Source: Solemya velum (taxonomy: Eukaryota). Taken from it: a stretch of DNA of 64,000 bases. This document shows positions 1-11,800 of this stretch, one piece after another (position 1 is the first letter of the stretch; every line of letters starts with the position of its first letter). Where the stretch lies: assembly GCA_048127485.1 (NCBI GenBank), contig JBHNWI010000006.1:46455358-46519357 (forward strand), read 5' to 3'. The position numbers and the translations under genes are program-made. A model generated the notes under the pieces. It was not told the DNA's origin. It was given only the letters and a program-made list of their open reading frames with translations, and did no database searches.

Positions 1-174
1 CAAATTTTGGTCATATATAAAAATGTTTTTTGCTGGTGATTGACTTAAATTTCAGCCCTCAGATCCCGGGAAAACGCGTATTTAACACTCCAGATTTTCA
101 CATTTTCCTGGGGGGGGCGGTCACCCCGCACAAAGGCTTCGCCCCCCTTTGCGCAAATACTGGATCCGCCCCTG
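1..174. mobile_element. MITE copy, truncated by the window edge; same family as 2074-2311
   Basis: About 85% identical over ~170 bp to 2140-2311, including the 3' terminus ...gatccgcccctg. Confidence 0.55.
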
Positions 175-204
175 ATGAACAACTCCATATACATATGGGA
201 GATA

Positions 205-590
205 AGTAGTACTTCACAAGGCTCGTGGCCTACTGGTTAGAGCGACCACTCAGTGACTGGGAGGTCGGAGGCTGGAACCTCGGCTGGGACAAACCGAAAT
301 GGTATTTTTTGCGGCTGCGGTGTCAGTATAATCTGACTCGCCGACAGGATGTCATGTGGTATGTATGACATTCTGGTGTGGCATCACTTTAAAGAGCGAC
401 ATCAGTTACTCACACTCACAAACACTTGCCTACATGGTTGTGATTTCACATGATGTGGATATATAATGTACAGCTGTGTTCGGATATATATGTCTGTGTA
501 GCTCGCGCATGTGGGCTTAAGTCATTAATCCAACCAACCAAACAAATAACCTCTGCTGAACTTCAGTCAAAGAGTAATCCTTGTGCATTA
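205..590 (+). mobile_element. tRNA-derived SINE, same family as 36658-37006
   Basis: tRNA-like head (ggctcgtggcctactggttagagcg ... box-B-like ggctggaacc), shared core 'ggtgtcagtataatctgact' and 'ctttaaagagc', and a (CCAA)n-type tail 'taatccaaccaaccaaacaaataacc'. Confidence 0.6.
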
Positions 591-943
591 CAGAAACTAT
601 ACTGGACCGCAAAGCTAACATTGCCTCAATAATATCAAAAGCTCTCAGGTGGTGAGGGCTGGAAGAAGGTCCTGGTAGCTCTGGCAGTGAGGGGACGTCA
701 TGCTGGGAGGTGTGATGTGGGTATCGCGCAAAATGGGGTCTCAGAACTTTCCCAATGTACTGAACAGTCGTTAGGAGTGTTCCTGCTTGATTCAGTGCCA
801 TCAATTTCATCTCCAATATGGCTCTCGAGATCGCCGGAAGCATTTTGTGCCCGAAGAGCAGCATGTCTCTAGAACAATATCGAATACAAATGCTACTGCA
901 TGAATATATTATAATTGTAAACTGTTCTGTCTTTCCCCTTACA

Positions 944-1204
944 TTATATACTGATGGACCCAAGTCCAAGACACTGAATTGCATTTCTAGTAATTGAGTT
1001 GACGGCTAGTTTTTTATTTTGTTCATATAAAATATCAATTTCATACTCAATGTCATTTTTTATTTTATCTTGTTGATCAAATCTCCAACCATCCAAGAGC
1101 AATGACATTTTATCCCCACTGATGAGAAGAACTGAAAGATCGGGTCTCCAAAAGAAGAAGCTGGTACAAAGTTCTCCGTGTTCTTCGCACAAGTGATGCT
1201 GCAC
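944..1204 (-). pseudogene. mariner-like transposase C-terminal relic
   Basis: The minus-strand translation ...FWRPDLSVLLISGDKMSLLLDGWRFDQQDKIKNDIE... resembles the conserved mariner C-terminus (SPDLAPSDYHLF...L.G.RF.S.EE.K). Stops and frameshifts surround it. Confidence 0.35.
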
Positions 1205-1469
1205 GTGGTATTCACGTGCACACCGAAACCTGGGTTCAACATTCGTATTACAATACCAGTACTTTGCCGAGATACAAATCAGCTCAGAAGATCAAGGCAC
1301 TTGGGAGACTTGATGCTGACCAGAATATACTAGCCGTTGCCAATCACTATCTAGCAAGGATCATCTACAGGCTGAGCGGCGTTCCCTTGCCACTCTTGTC
1401 TATAAACAGCAAAGGACAGCTACTTGTCGAGTAATTAAGTTCACTCGACGAGAATCTTGGCGAAATTAT

Positions 1470-2745
1470 GTCTCTACGTACGCTCATTTCTCCAACCTGT
1501 CTGCAATCAGTATGTCGTGCCATTCGTAGTTTAAAGGGACAATCATCTGGCTTTCAGGCCCCTCGCCACCTTTTGGACAATAATCGTACTATAACTGATC
1601 TCCCCGACATTGCGGATACTCTAGCGGATACTCTAGCATCCACTACCGGCCATAACTCCTCTATTGTCATGTGTAACCCTTCCTCTCTAGAATATCTCAC
1701 TTAACTTTTATTTGCCATCTTCTTGTCCCGAAAGACCCTCTTAGTTTAAAATATTTATTCTCCACAAAACATAAAAGAAATGTTAAAAATGCAGTACAAC
1801 AAAAATAATGTCGAATAGGATGGGAACGAAAGCATTGCTTATTACTGTTCCTTTCCTAAAAGACCCTTTTGGGTTGTGGGACGGTAATACAATAACCAAC
1901 CAACCAACCACTAACAGCACGAGTTATCGTCCTAGCACTGGACGACCAAGGGTGATAACACAGAGACAAAACTGCCATGTTGTGTGACATCATCTGTGGG
2001 ATCCGTTCATTCGAGCGACTGAAACAACACGTCAGAAAGTGTGATAAGCGACACAGTACGTCGACGTCTCAATCAGGGGCGGATTCAGCACAATTTTTTT
2101 TTTTCAGAGGGTATTTTTTTTGTCATAAATGAAAATGTTTTTTTCAGGTAATTAACTCTTAAATTTCAGCTCTCAGATCCCGGGTGAACGCGTATTTGAC
2201 AAATCAGATTTTCATATTTTCCACCCGCTCCAAGGCTTCGCGCCTTCGCCGCCCGCCGATAAGGGGCTGCGCCCCCCCCCCCCCTTTGCGCAAATCCTTG
2301 ATCCGCCCCTGTCAATAGCGCGAATCTCAGTTGCCATAGACCTTACCATGGACCAATCCTCTCCTCGTTGTCGACGTAAACTATTTCAGTGGGCCGTGCA
2401 GCATCAATATTGCCGATACAGACAGTGAAGAACAGTTCTGTTCACTGACGAGAGTCGTTACTGCGTGTTAACTACAGATGGCACAGTGAGAATATGGCGT
2501 TGACGTGGTCAACGTTATTCATAAACAATTTGTTGTGGAAAGCGACACGTTGGGAGGTCCAAGCATCATGATATTGGGTAGAATCGGTCTGAACCAGAGA
2601 GTGGATCCTGTTTTCTTCCAAAACATGGATCCAGTGGGAGGAAGAGGTGGCATCACAGCAGCGCGTTACATCGACAAAATCTCGTAGACCCACGTCATTT
2701 TGCACGTCACCGGAACCACGTCTTCCAGCATAACAACGCCCGTGA
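1470..2745 (+). pseudogene. Tc1-like transposase pseudogene, interrupted by a MITE and truncated by a SINE
   Basis: The translation across 1900-2080 and 2312-2745 reads ...GRPRVITQRQN...TVRRRLNQ // SIARIS...RRKLFQWAVQHQY...VLFTDESRYCVLTTDGTVRIWR...FQHNNAR. This matches the Tc1 pattern GRPRK...VRRRL...RL.WA..H..W...VLFSDESRF.L..DGR.RVWR...FQQDN. It carries several stops and frameshifts. The 1470-1900 portion is weaker. Confidence 0.5.
2074..2311. mobile_element. 238-bp MITE with an 11-bp TIR and a 5-bp TSD, inserted into the Tc1-like ORF
   Basis: Termini are caggggcggat...atccgcccctg, an inverted repeat. The flanking direct repeat is tcaat at 2069-2073 and 2312-2316. The transposase reading frame resumes immediately after the element. 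Confidence 0.65.
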
Positions 2746-3060
2746 CCAGAGCCGTGGCATAGTGGATAGGGCGCCCGCTCGGCAACTGGGGGGTCGTGGG
2801 TTCGAACCCCGGCCGGGACAAATCAAAATCTTCAAAATTGGTATTCCTTGGGGTGATCCCAGCAAAGGCCCCCAAGCGAGCCTGCAGGGACGGGCCACGG
2901 GAAAGGTCTTTTGGTGGGATTACCAAACCAACATGCTACAGGTGGTGTAAATATATATAAATTGTAGCGACCGATTCGGGTGAAATTGTAGCGGTCAGTT
3001 CGGGTGAAACTGTAGCGGCCGATTTGGTTGGCGACCGGTTCGGGTGTAATTCCTTATTCT
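2733..3060 (+). mobile_element. tRNA-derived SINE (second family) with a 3' ~24-bp tandem-repeat tail
   Basis: tRNA-like head gccgtggcatagtggatagggcgcc...ggttcgaaccccggccggg (boxes A and B). The tail is 3-4 units of attgtagcgg(t/c)c(a/g)gttcgggtgaa at 2951-3050. It interrupts the Tc1-like ORF at ~2745. Confidence 0.55.
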
Positions 3061-3124
3061 AGACCACTGTCACCTGACATAAATAATGTTGTTTGATTTG
3101 TGGATGAGAACGAGGCTAGTTTCG

Positions 3125-3280
3125 GTTTCACTTCCGTGGAGTCCGACGTTTGGAAAGCGAATGGTGTGAAAAAACACATCTTTTTATCACTCGTTTAATG
3201 GTAATAACATTCCAAAATATGCAATATCCATTTAGTATAGATCTAGTGCGAAACGTATCCATATTTATTTACAACAATGA
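3125..3280 (+). repeat. Interspersed repeat, copy 1 of a pair with 6935-7085
   Basis: About 80% identity over ~150 bp (gagtccga(c/a)gtttggaaag...ttatcactcgtttaatggtaata(a/g)cattccaaaatatgca(a/g)tat...). Both copies are in direct orientation. Confidence 0.6.
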
Positions 3281-3704
3281 GATAAAATTATGTAACAGAA
3301 GGAATAGATTAATCTTTTCTACGTGTTTTATGGCCTACTACTTTTAGTTTCACTTTCGTTTTGGGAATTCCATTTATCGAATATTCTAAAAACTTAGTCT
3401 TTTGTTCATTTATATATAGCGTATGACATAATTGTATGTGGTTTTCTATTTACGCGTATATCTTTCACAGATTTGTTGGATGTTAGGTAAGTTTCGACAG
3501 AGAAAATATCTAAGACGTCGATTGCGTACTGTACTGTGTTTATAAGTTCATTACCCTAAGCCTACCTGAGTATTTATTCTGATATTAATAGGTTTTAAAC
3601 AGGCATATACATTCACACTCTTCTCAAGGTCATGATCAGCACCTAATTTTCAAGAATTCCTTACTGGTACTCTTAATTTTTATAATGACTCCCAATAAAG
3701 GTAA

Positions 3705-5279
3705 TAGGTCGTTCCGGCCCCAAACCGTCGGCGTCCCGCAGTCGTTCCGTCCCCAAACCTGGCTGACCCCAGTGGATCCGTCCCCAGTCGATCCGTCTCC
3801 AAAGTATAAATATAAATCAAAGGTATATATGCATAATTTATTAACGAATTAAATATTCACAAATAAGAAATATATACATTTCAACAATTTCAATATCTTT
3901 TAGTGCTGTCATGAGTTAACCCGATAACGTCCACGTTCGAAGACGTTTACACCAAAAACGTCTACAAAAATTGTACAAAACGTCCACAGTTTTAGTCGAG
4001 AACGTCTACAAAAAATTGATAACAGCTACAAAGGAAAAAGACTAGAATAGTTATTATTTTTTTTTAATAACATCGTTAATTTTGTTTTCAAACAGCATAT
4101 TATTCATCATTTATATAAACAGCATATTATCTATCATTTATATTAACAGCATATTATATATCATTTATATCATTTCATTAATAAACGGGCAATGGCGGCC
4201 ACAGTCTGTCTAGGTGTAAATTCTTTAGCTTCGTACCGTCCCCAAATACCATGAAGGGTCTCATTGAAAGTTCTTGTTTCTTTCCGGGAAATCCTGAGAT
4301 TTGATCGTCGGCAGCTTGTTAAGAGATAGTAATCAAAACAGTTGGCTATTACATATTTCAATATCAAGTGGGAATGATTTTAATAAGTACATTGTATTAT
4401 TAAATTTACAGCAACACAAACACAAAACAAAAACATTATAAGAAATGTGTAAGGCCTAAAGAAAGGTAGCTCAAAACGGCAACAGATTTTATTCACAATC
4501 AATGTTTAGACATACAACGCATACTACAGAAATAATTCTACCTCAAACAATTTCAACAACCTCACTGTTATACAATATATCAATTTTACATGTTTTATTT
4601 TTCAAACTTTATAGCAGGTGACCTTTTTGTAGACGTTATGAACTATTTTGTAGACATTTTGGTGTGGACGTTTTGGTTTATACATTTTTGAACGTGGGCG
4701 TTATGCGCCCCTGACATTTCGGTTAGTTCGTTCGGTCACGTTTCAATCTTCTTCAACAGTTGGCGTCGCAAAAGGCTCCCCGCTGCAGTGAGAGAGGCGG
4801 AGGTTTTGAGTTTGGCTTATTATTGTTGTTTCAGTCATGTCGGTGATTAGTGTTAATTGGTCTTTGAATATACTTCCGACACAAAGCTGAGTGAGCTTAT
4901 TTTTGTTTTTTCAGTCATGTCAGCATTGATGAGTTAATTTTAAGTTATTGAAAAAAAAAGATTGTTTTTATCGAAATTGAATTTTAACCATCACAAAATA
5001 AGAGTTGCTGTTGTCATGAAACAATTTTCATTTAAAACTGTTAGGTTATTTTTCTTGTTTCCGTTTTCTAAGATATAAGATATATATTTCTTTCCTAAAA
5101 TATTTTCATATTTTACTGCATATTTCAATGCACATTTAATTTAATTTGTACATCGAAAATATCTATAAACATAAGGGGATGGATCGACCACGGTAACTGT
5201 GGTCGGACTTGACTTGGGGACGGATTGACTAGGGATGGATCCACTGGTGACGCAGCGACCTTGTGGCCGGAACGACCCT
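3705..5279. mobile_element. Non-autonomous foldback-like DNA transposon, ~1.6 kb, with long subterminal inverted repeats
   Basis: The terminus aggtcgttccggcc at 3706 matches ggccggaacgacc at 5266-5278 in inverted orientation. Inner inverted blocks match too (3930-4020 'acgtctacaaaaa...' versus 4620-4700 'tttttgtagacgt...'). There is no coding capacity. The AT-rich centre carries a short tandem block 'acagcatattat.tatcatttatat' at 4090-4170. Confidence 0.6.
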
Positions 5280-6934
5280 AAATCCTCAATAAGTAGTCAG
5301 AGTTCTCCAACCCTCGCCCTAGGCTAAACCATAGGTGCTCGACTACAGGGCAGAGTCTATTAATTCTTTCACATATACATTCTGTAGAGACCACCTCTAT
5401 ATAAAGAAAACTTGTCTACAAAGACCACTTAATTTCAGTCCAAACAAGTTAAATTAGGTACAATTTAACTTGCATATAATGACCACCTGTACATTGAGAC
5501 CACTTTTGTATGATCCCCTGGGTGGTCTTCATAGACAAGTTTGACTGTATTACACTGAAAGCTGATGGAAACAAAGTATTGGCATGGAAATATATTTTAT
5601 TACTAATTTTATAACATTATGAACTGTATCCAAGCATTATTATACATTACATGTAGTTAACAACGAATAAATGCGATTAACATAAACACACTTATGTACA
5701 TGTATAGACAGAAAAAACCTGCAATCATCCGCAAGCCACCAACAGCTTTCTAACAAGCGAGTTCAAGATGACTCTGCTGTTGAAACAAAGTTTGCTCAAA
5801 ACAAACCTTGCCACCAGTGAGGCTTAAACCTGGAACATTGAGATGTGAGAGATGCCGGAATTATATGCTGAGATCAGGGCCTTATTCCCCCAGCTACGAC
5901 GGAGGCCCCCTAACCAAATACTATTAACATGAAAACACATGTGTACATACACACAGACTCTGTATCACACAGCCTAGACATAATACACATACATTAGTTA
6001 ACAAACATAACAAGAACATGTCCAACACACACACATAATCAATCTACCCTAGAGATACAAATACAGACATGTTCACAAATAACCTTGATAAAACATAATC
6101 AGTGGCAGGGTGGGTGCGTAAAGATTCTTCAATCCACTAATCCTTCCCGCTTCACCATATATACCCGAGTTGACTAGCTCATTAACATAAAAATGACTAG
6201 TGAGTATTTCATTCTTCTGCAATCGATTCACTATGACTAACCTCAATTCTACTGTTATTACAACATGAACATACAGTCAACGTTTATTTGGACATGATAG
6301 AAACATATTACATGTATGATACTCCAATAAATTTATTTATGTGAATTTATAATTATTCAGTTTGAGATCAAAGTTTATCACTTACAGTACAAGGAAAATA
6401 CAAATGCCAATAAAATATAAATAAATAGATTGGATGGATTCTCTATTTTATAGGCTGTGTTGATGCTAATGTTCGATATATTCACTGAAAAATCATTCCT
6501 TTCTTGCTTATTTAGCATACTTCAAAAATTGTGTGTTGAGGGATTATATAAGTCTTGATTTGGTGTTGGGTCAGCTGCCTTTGAGGCATGGGCACACTCT
6601 AGTCACATATTGCTCTATCTGACCGATCATTTTTGGCCATTTTATTGTGCAATTTGTGTAGGGTCAAGTCTTTATCGACTAGGGAATACCAACTGCTGAC
6701 GAACAACTCCTCCTGGCAACTGTGAGAATCTGTACAAAAGCTTCTTGTCGACTTTCAGTTTTGGGCACTCTCTCAACAAGAGTTTTCTGTCATTTCCATT
6801 CAATGTTCCCCCACTGTAGGTTTCCTTCCTTCTGTTACATAAAACAGCACCCTGGAAATAATTCAATGAACTTTCTAAGTTTCCACTAATCTATCATGAC
6901 TGATTGGGGTTATGATACTGAAATCTCCTTTGGT

Positions 6935-7085
6935 TTTCGGTTTTATTCCTGCAGAGTCCGAAGTTTGGAAAGACATTGGTGGGAAAGAACCACTTTTTTA
7001 TCACTCGTTTAATGGTAATAGCATTCCAAAATATGCAGTATCTATTTATTATAGATCTAGTGTGTAAATGTATCTATATTAATAT
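6935..7085 (+). repeat. Interspersed repeat, copy 2 of the pair with 3125-3280
   Basis: Same family as 3125-3280. Confidence 0.6.
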
Positions 7086-9299
7086 ACACCACTCTCGGCT
7101 TGTGAACTTGTATGGCTGTAATGTCAATGTGTTTGGAGTCGGACAGAATCGAATATAAATTTTTTCCCTTTGAAGAACAGGTTAGTTACAGACATTATTG
7201 CATTTTTATTTTAGTGCGAAATGTGCCATTTCCATGCATTTATAATGTGAGCTGAGAAGTTGATTTCTTGTGATGAGAACTCGATTAGGTTAGCCAGAAT
7301 GGCACGTATGAGGCATGATTCTGTTCTGTCATAAAATAATTAGTGTGGGTACACATTTTTTCTGAGAAAAGTGCCATAACAACTCTTGGGCTTAATTATA
7401 CATGTATTAAAAACTTTAATTGTCACAGAATGTTCGACCTTTTTTTTAATCCTTTGTTATGCATGATTGGTTGCAAAATCCTGATTTCCTTATTGTTGTC
7501 CTTGTATATCTAGAGGATATTTGTGTTTTTGTTTGTGATTACCTGGTATGTTTTATTGAGTGGTTGAATATTTTCATGAGTGGTGAAATCATGAGTGAAA
7601 ATGTCATAGTTTTTGTAACACAAGATGAAATATTTCAGGTATTCACCAAAAAACCCTGCAGATTTCCTTTTTATAATTCATTTCCCACTTGGTCCGCTAA
7701 AATTGGCCACAAATTGTCGGCTTATCTAGGTCACCTGGTTTGTGATCTCTTCATATCATAGGGATCTATTGCTCAAATCTAGCTTCAAAGATTAAATGAA
7801 CTATACACCATAAAACAGGGAAAGACATGACATAAACTTTTCACTTATATGTATGTTTAACCTCAAACATTGGCATTTATTTCGCTTTCTCCAAACACCA
7901 CGAGGTGAATTTTTTCTAAAATTTGTCTGCTTCTTGTTGACCAATCAGAATTGCTCCCAATTACGAAAAGGGTCGAGCAGTGCCGAATGAGGTGTGAAAG
8001 TATAGAGCTATATTTTCACCAGTGTGAAATATCAACCCTGAAATATGGGTTATATTTCAAGTTTATTTTCCGATATTTCACTAATAATAAAAAAATAAAT
8101 TATAATATACCAGCAATGCAAAATGTGACTAATTAATAATTTGAACATATGCTGAAATATGTACATTCCTATTGTCATTATTTTAGACAGATGTTATGCC
8201 TGACATGAAACCAGCTGTCTAAGACCTATCGATCTTACATTGAAAACAAAATGGCATCAAAAGAAGGTAACTTCTATTTTTTTTCACTTTGTTAGGCTAT
8301 AATTTTGTTTTTTGAATTCACTTGAGGGGGCACCACACAGTTCTGGCTCAAATAGAACTATTCCACCTCCAGTAGACAGTTAACTTTATAACACTTGTTG
8401 ATCAAATAACTATTTATTGATCGTGTTTCATGCTGAAAAGATTGTGGATTGACAGCCGAGGATATCGGGCACAGGTATACATAAAAATGGTGCCTTCTGG
8501 CCAAACACAAAGAGGTAGTTAAGATTTTCAATAATTGAATTTTTCATATAAAGTGATATCTAGCAGTATTATATTGAATGTGAAGTGTTCTGAAATAGTT
8601 GAATGAAAACATGGAGTTGTCCCCCTTACACCATATATGGACCAAGACCATATAATTTCGTTGATTTTATACCACATAATGTAGAGACTATACCAATGAG
8701 TAAAATCATTTGATTTTCTGTGTGAAGTACATTAAATCTCTATAGTATGTTTTTAGAAAACCAACAAATTTTAACTGCTTGCCATAGAGATATTCTAATA
8801 TAGATATCATAGACTGAGAAAGTTTAAAAGGAGCCCCATAATGTCAATTTTCACAGAAGTGAAATAGAAGTTAAATTTGTTATATCATTTAGTTTGTTTA
8901 TGGGAGCTGCCAGTAATTTATATGGCTGGAAAATGGAATCTTTTGTTTTTCTGGAAAGTAGGTCAGAGTAGGAATGTTTTTGACAACACATTTTTAGACA
9001 CTTGCATGGAGCAATCTCTTGGTGATATTGTGGATGAAGTATCATCATTCACGCCGACAAGAGGGAGCTCGATTTCTGACGGTATATCTGGTTGATTATC
9101 ACTGAACACATTATCTTGATCAGTTTTGTCAAATGGGGAGTTCAAAGACTCATGGCTGGTTGCCTTTTGTATATTCTCGAAGGTTGGATCCTCATAACAG
9201 TCAGATTTCTGTGTTTCTCTTAGCACCAGAAAATTTCCTAGCATTATACCATAGACTATCTTTGTGTAAATACATGAGATCTCTTGTTTGACAGTTTAC

Positions 9300-11800
9300 T
9301 GATGGTAACATGCGACCAGATGGACTTTTTCCAACTTCGTTATATGGATGATTGGTAGATCTGGTGGTATCCTGACCAAATCACAAGATCAAAATCATTA
9401 ATCTGAAGCTGCGAACCAGTGTACTGATCATGCTGAGTTAGCATTTCATGTAATGAAAATCCTCTTGCTCGGATATGAGTATTCAGTCTTGCCACAGCTA
9501 GAAACAAAACAAATGATAATACTGAACCAGACATTGATATAATAATTCGTGTTCCTGAATAGTCTTTTCCGTCACTGGGTTCTTAATAATGTTTTCAATA
9601 CTGATACCATATTTTGAGAGGATGTCATCATTAACAAGAGAAACAAAACATGATGCCAAATCGGAGCGCAGAACTATAGAAATAGACACAAGTCCAGACC
9701 AAGGGACAGCGGAACATTTTTTATTGTCTTGCACTGTTCAGTTTCAACAAGACCAGTCCTTGTATATGATATTACACATTCTCAAAAAAACAAAAACATT
9801 GTCTCGCTTATTTCATAGTATCCTCTGTGAATGATACTTCTACACTGGCTGGGGGGCTTTCAGAAGATTGTTCACTAACAACATGCGGAACCTTTTGTAA
9901 TGAAGCACAGTGATGGCACGACATGGTCACTCTGTCCAATGTGTCATCCAAATCTAATGCCAAAAAATGATGACGTACAATCAATTTTAGCTGAGTACAA
10001 GATGGGTGATCTAACTTTATGCAGAGCAGTCAACAAGCCCTTGAGAACTTCTCTTGGTACGACAATGCATTCTTCCAGCGAAGGGTCTGTCCATTCCACA
10101 ACTAATAACATGTCCTTTGTAATAGAAACATTGTTCAGATAGTGCTTGACATCTTTAATATTTGTTATCTTTTTGTAGGGACAGTGCCTTGTTTCAGATG
10201 TGCACTTTGATTTTATATTCAACCACATAAACCTTTTAGTGAAAGGTAGTTTGAAAAAATCCAACAAATTGGCATGTGCATTTGAGCAACTTACAACGAA
10301 TTCTCTAGTTTGCAATATGAACAAACAATTTTGGAATTTCTCGTCACTGCAATTTTGTGCCTAACGGCTTGCAAAATTTGAGGGTATATTTGCTGAACCA
10401 GCAAGATTTGAATTTGAGTACAGAATCAACATTGGGCATGGGAGAAGATTGTGGTTTACTGTATCTAGCGACATCGGTGATCGCAGGAACTACCGGTAGT
10501 CTAAATCGACCATTAGACTTTTTTATTAGAAAAGATGGGTTCACATTATTATGACGTACTCTACATTGTTGTTCTAGTTCATTAAATTGGTCTTAGAGCT
10601 CTACAACTTTATCCTTAGAGTACAATTTTTTAGAGGGGCTGTACAGGTCTCATATTAACAACAGCTTTGAAAGGCCCAGACTTGCCATTATAACCCTTAA
10701 AGTTAGGGCTGAACACTTCATTGTACTGTTCAAGTAGAGAACTGATATTTGCTCTATCTGAGCATAAAAGTGTATTGTCTGAATCTACTGCCATTGCTGT
10801 GGAATGTAGTGTGTGTGGCTGTGTATTGACTCAAGAGGTTAGATGCTGTTTGTGTTCCTGCATAGGTAAAGTCCACACTTGAAAATGATCTGGAACGAAT
10901 GTTGTTAAAACTTGACAGAAATGTTCGTTTTTTTTGCAATGTTTGCAGATAATTAGTCAAGTTCACTATTCTGATTTTACCATCAAAACTATGAACAATA
11001 TCTGGAGCTGGCAAATGTTATTATACTCGCTTGGTCTACTACAGCCATCTATACACGATTCAATCGCATAGGTCCCATCCAGAGGCAAGTTTGTCTTGTA
11101 GATCTACTTCAGCATATTCATCAGGAAGCACAGTAGTGTGTATGTTAGGCGCATGCAGTACTTGAGCTCGATGTACAGAATGGCAGGAACTGGCAGACTG
11201 TTGGGCTTCGTATACATAGATTGTACCATCATGAAGAATGGCATGTTTCTTGGCTGGCCAAACACTGATATCATTCAACTCCATGAGATGTGTACTAGCC
11301 AGAATTTCGACGTCTAAATTCTGAACTACTAAACCTCTAAGAAGAGTGAAATCGATGCAAGTTTCACCAACAACAGAGAGTGGTGACAACGAATCAGCAT
11401 GATGTGCGGACTGAGTACTCTTTTCAATTTTGGCACTGAGAACTTTGCAGGTAGAATTTCTTATCATATTCCCAGTTGCCCCGCTTTCAATCATAAGTGC
11501 TGTGTGATAATAGCAAAAGCTGTCGAAGTGAGCCAACTGTCAGACCTCTTTCGTTTTCTTCTCCAATTGGAATCCTTTGACTGAAAATCAGGCGAAAAAT
11601 CGGGATCTAATGACAGTGTATACTGCAAGTTTTGTTTCCAATTTTCAAAATTAATTACAGTTTCTGATTTGCCGAGACTCCATTGTTTCAGTGTTTGATG
11701 TCTGCCATGATTTAAAAGTTTGTCTATTCCATGTTTTTTTCGTTTGGACAGTAGTGTGGTGAGCTGTGCTACCCAAACATCTATACCTGCCTGGCTCGTC
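9300..11800 (-). mobile_element. Degraded LTR-type retroelement relic (gag/protease/RT motifs)
   Basis: Minus-strand ORFs carry a protease-like ...MIESGATGNMI...LVVQNLDVEILASTHLMEL... (11060-11536), an RT N-terminus-like NGRFRLPVV...SPMPNVDSVL (10344-10544), and an RT motif ...INDFDLVIWSGYHQIYQ (9340-9534). They are fragmented by stops. No LTRs were identified. Confidence 0.4.

Noticed and set aside
211-290. tRNA-like sequences (also 2745-2830 and 36660-36735) as genuine tRNA genes
   Set aside because: They lack a closable acceptor stem and CCA context and continue into long non-tRNA bodies with shared cores and tails. They are SINE heads, not tRNA genes.
8963-9244. Ser/Asp-rich 93-aa minus-strand ORF as an exon of a second gene
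   Set aside because: No splice-site support, and it is embedded in the degraded retroelement region. The composition alone is insufficient.
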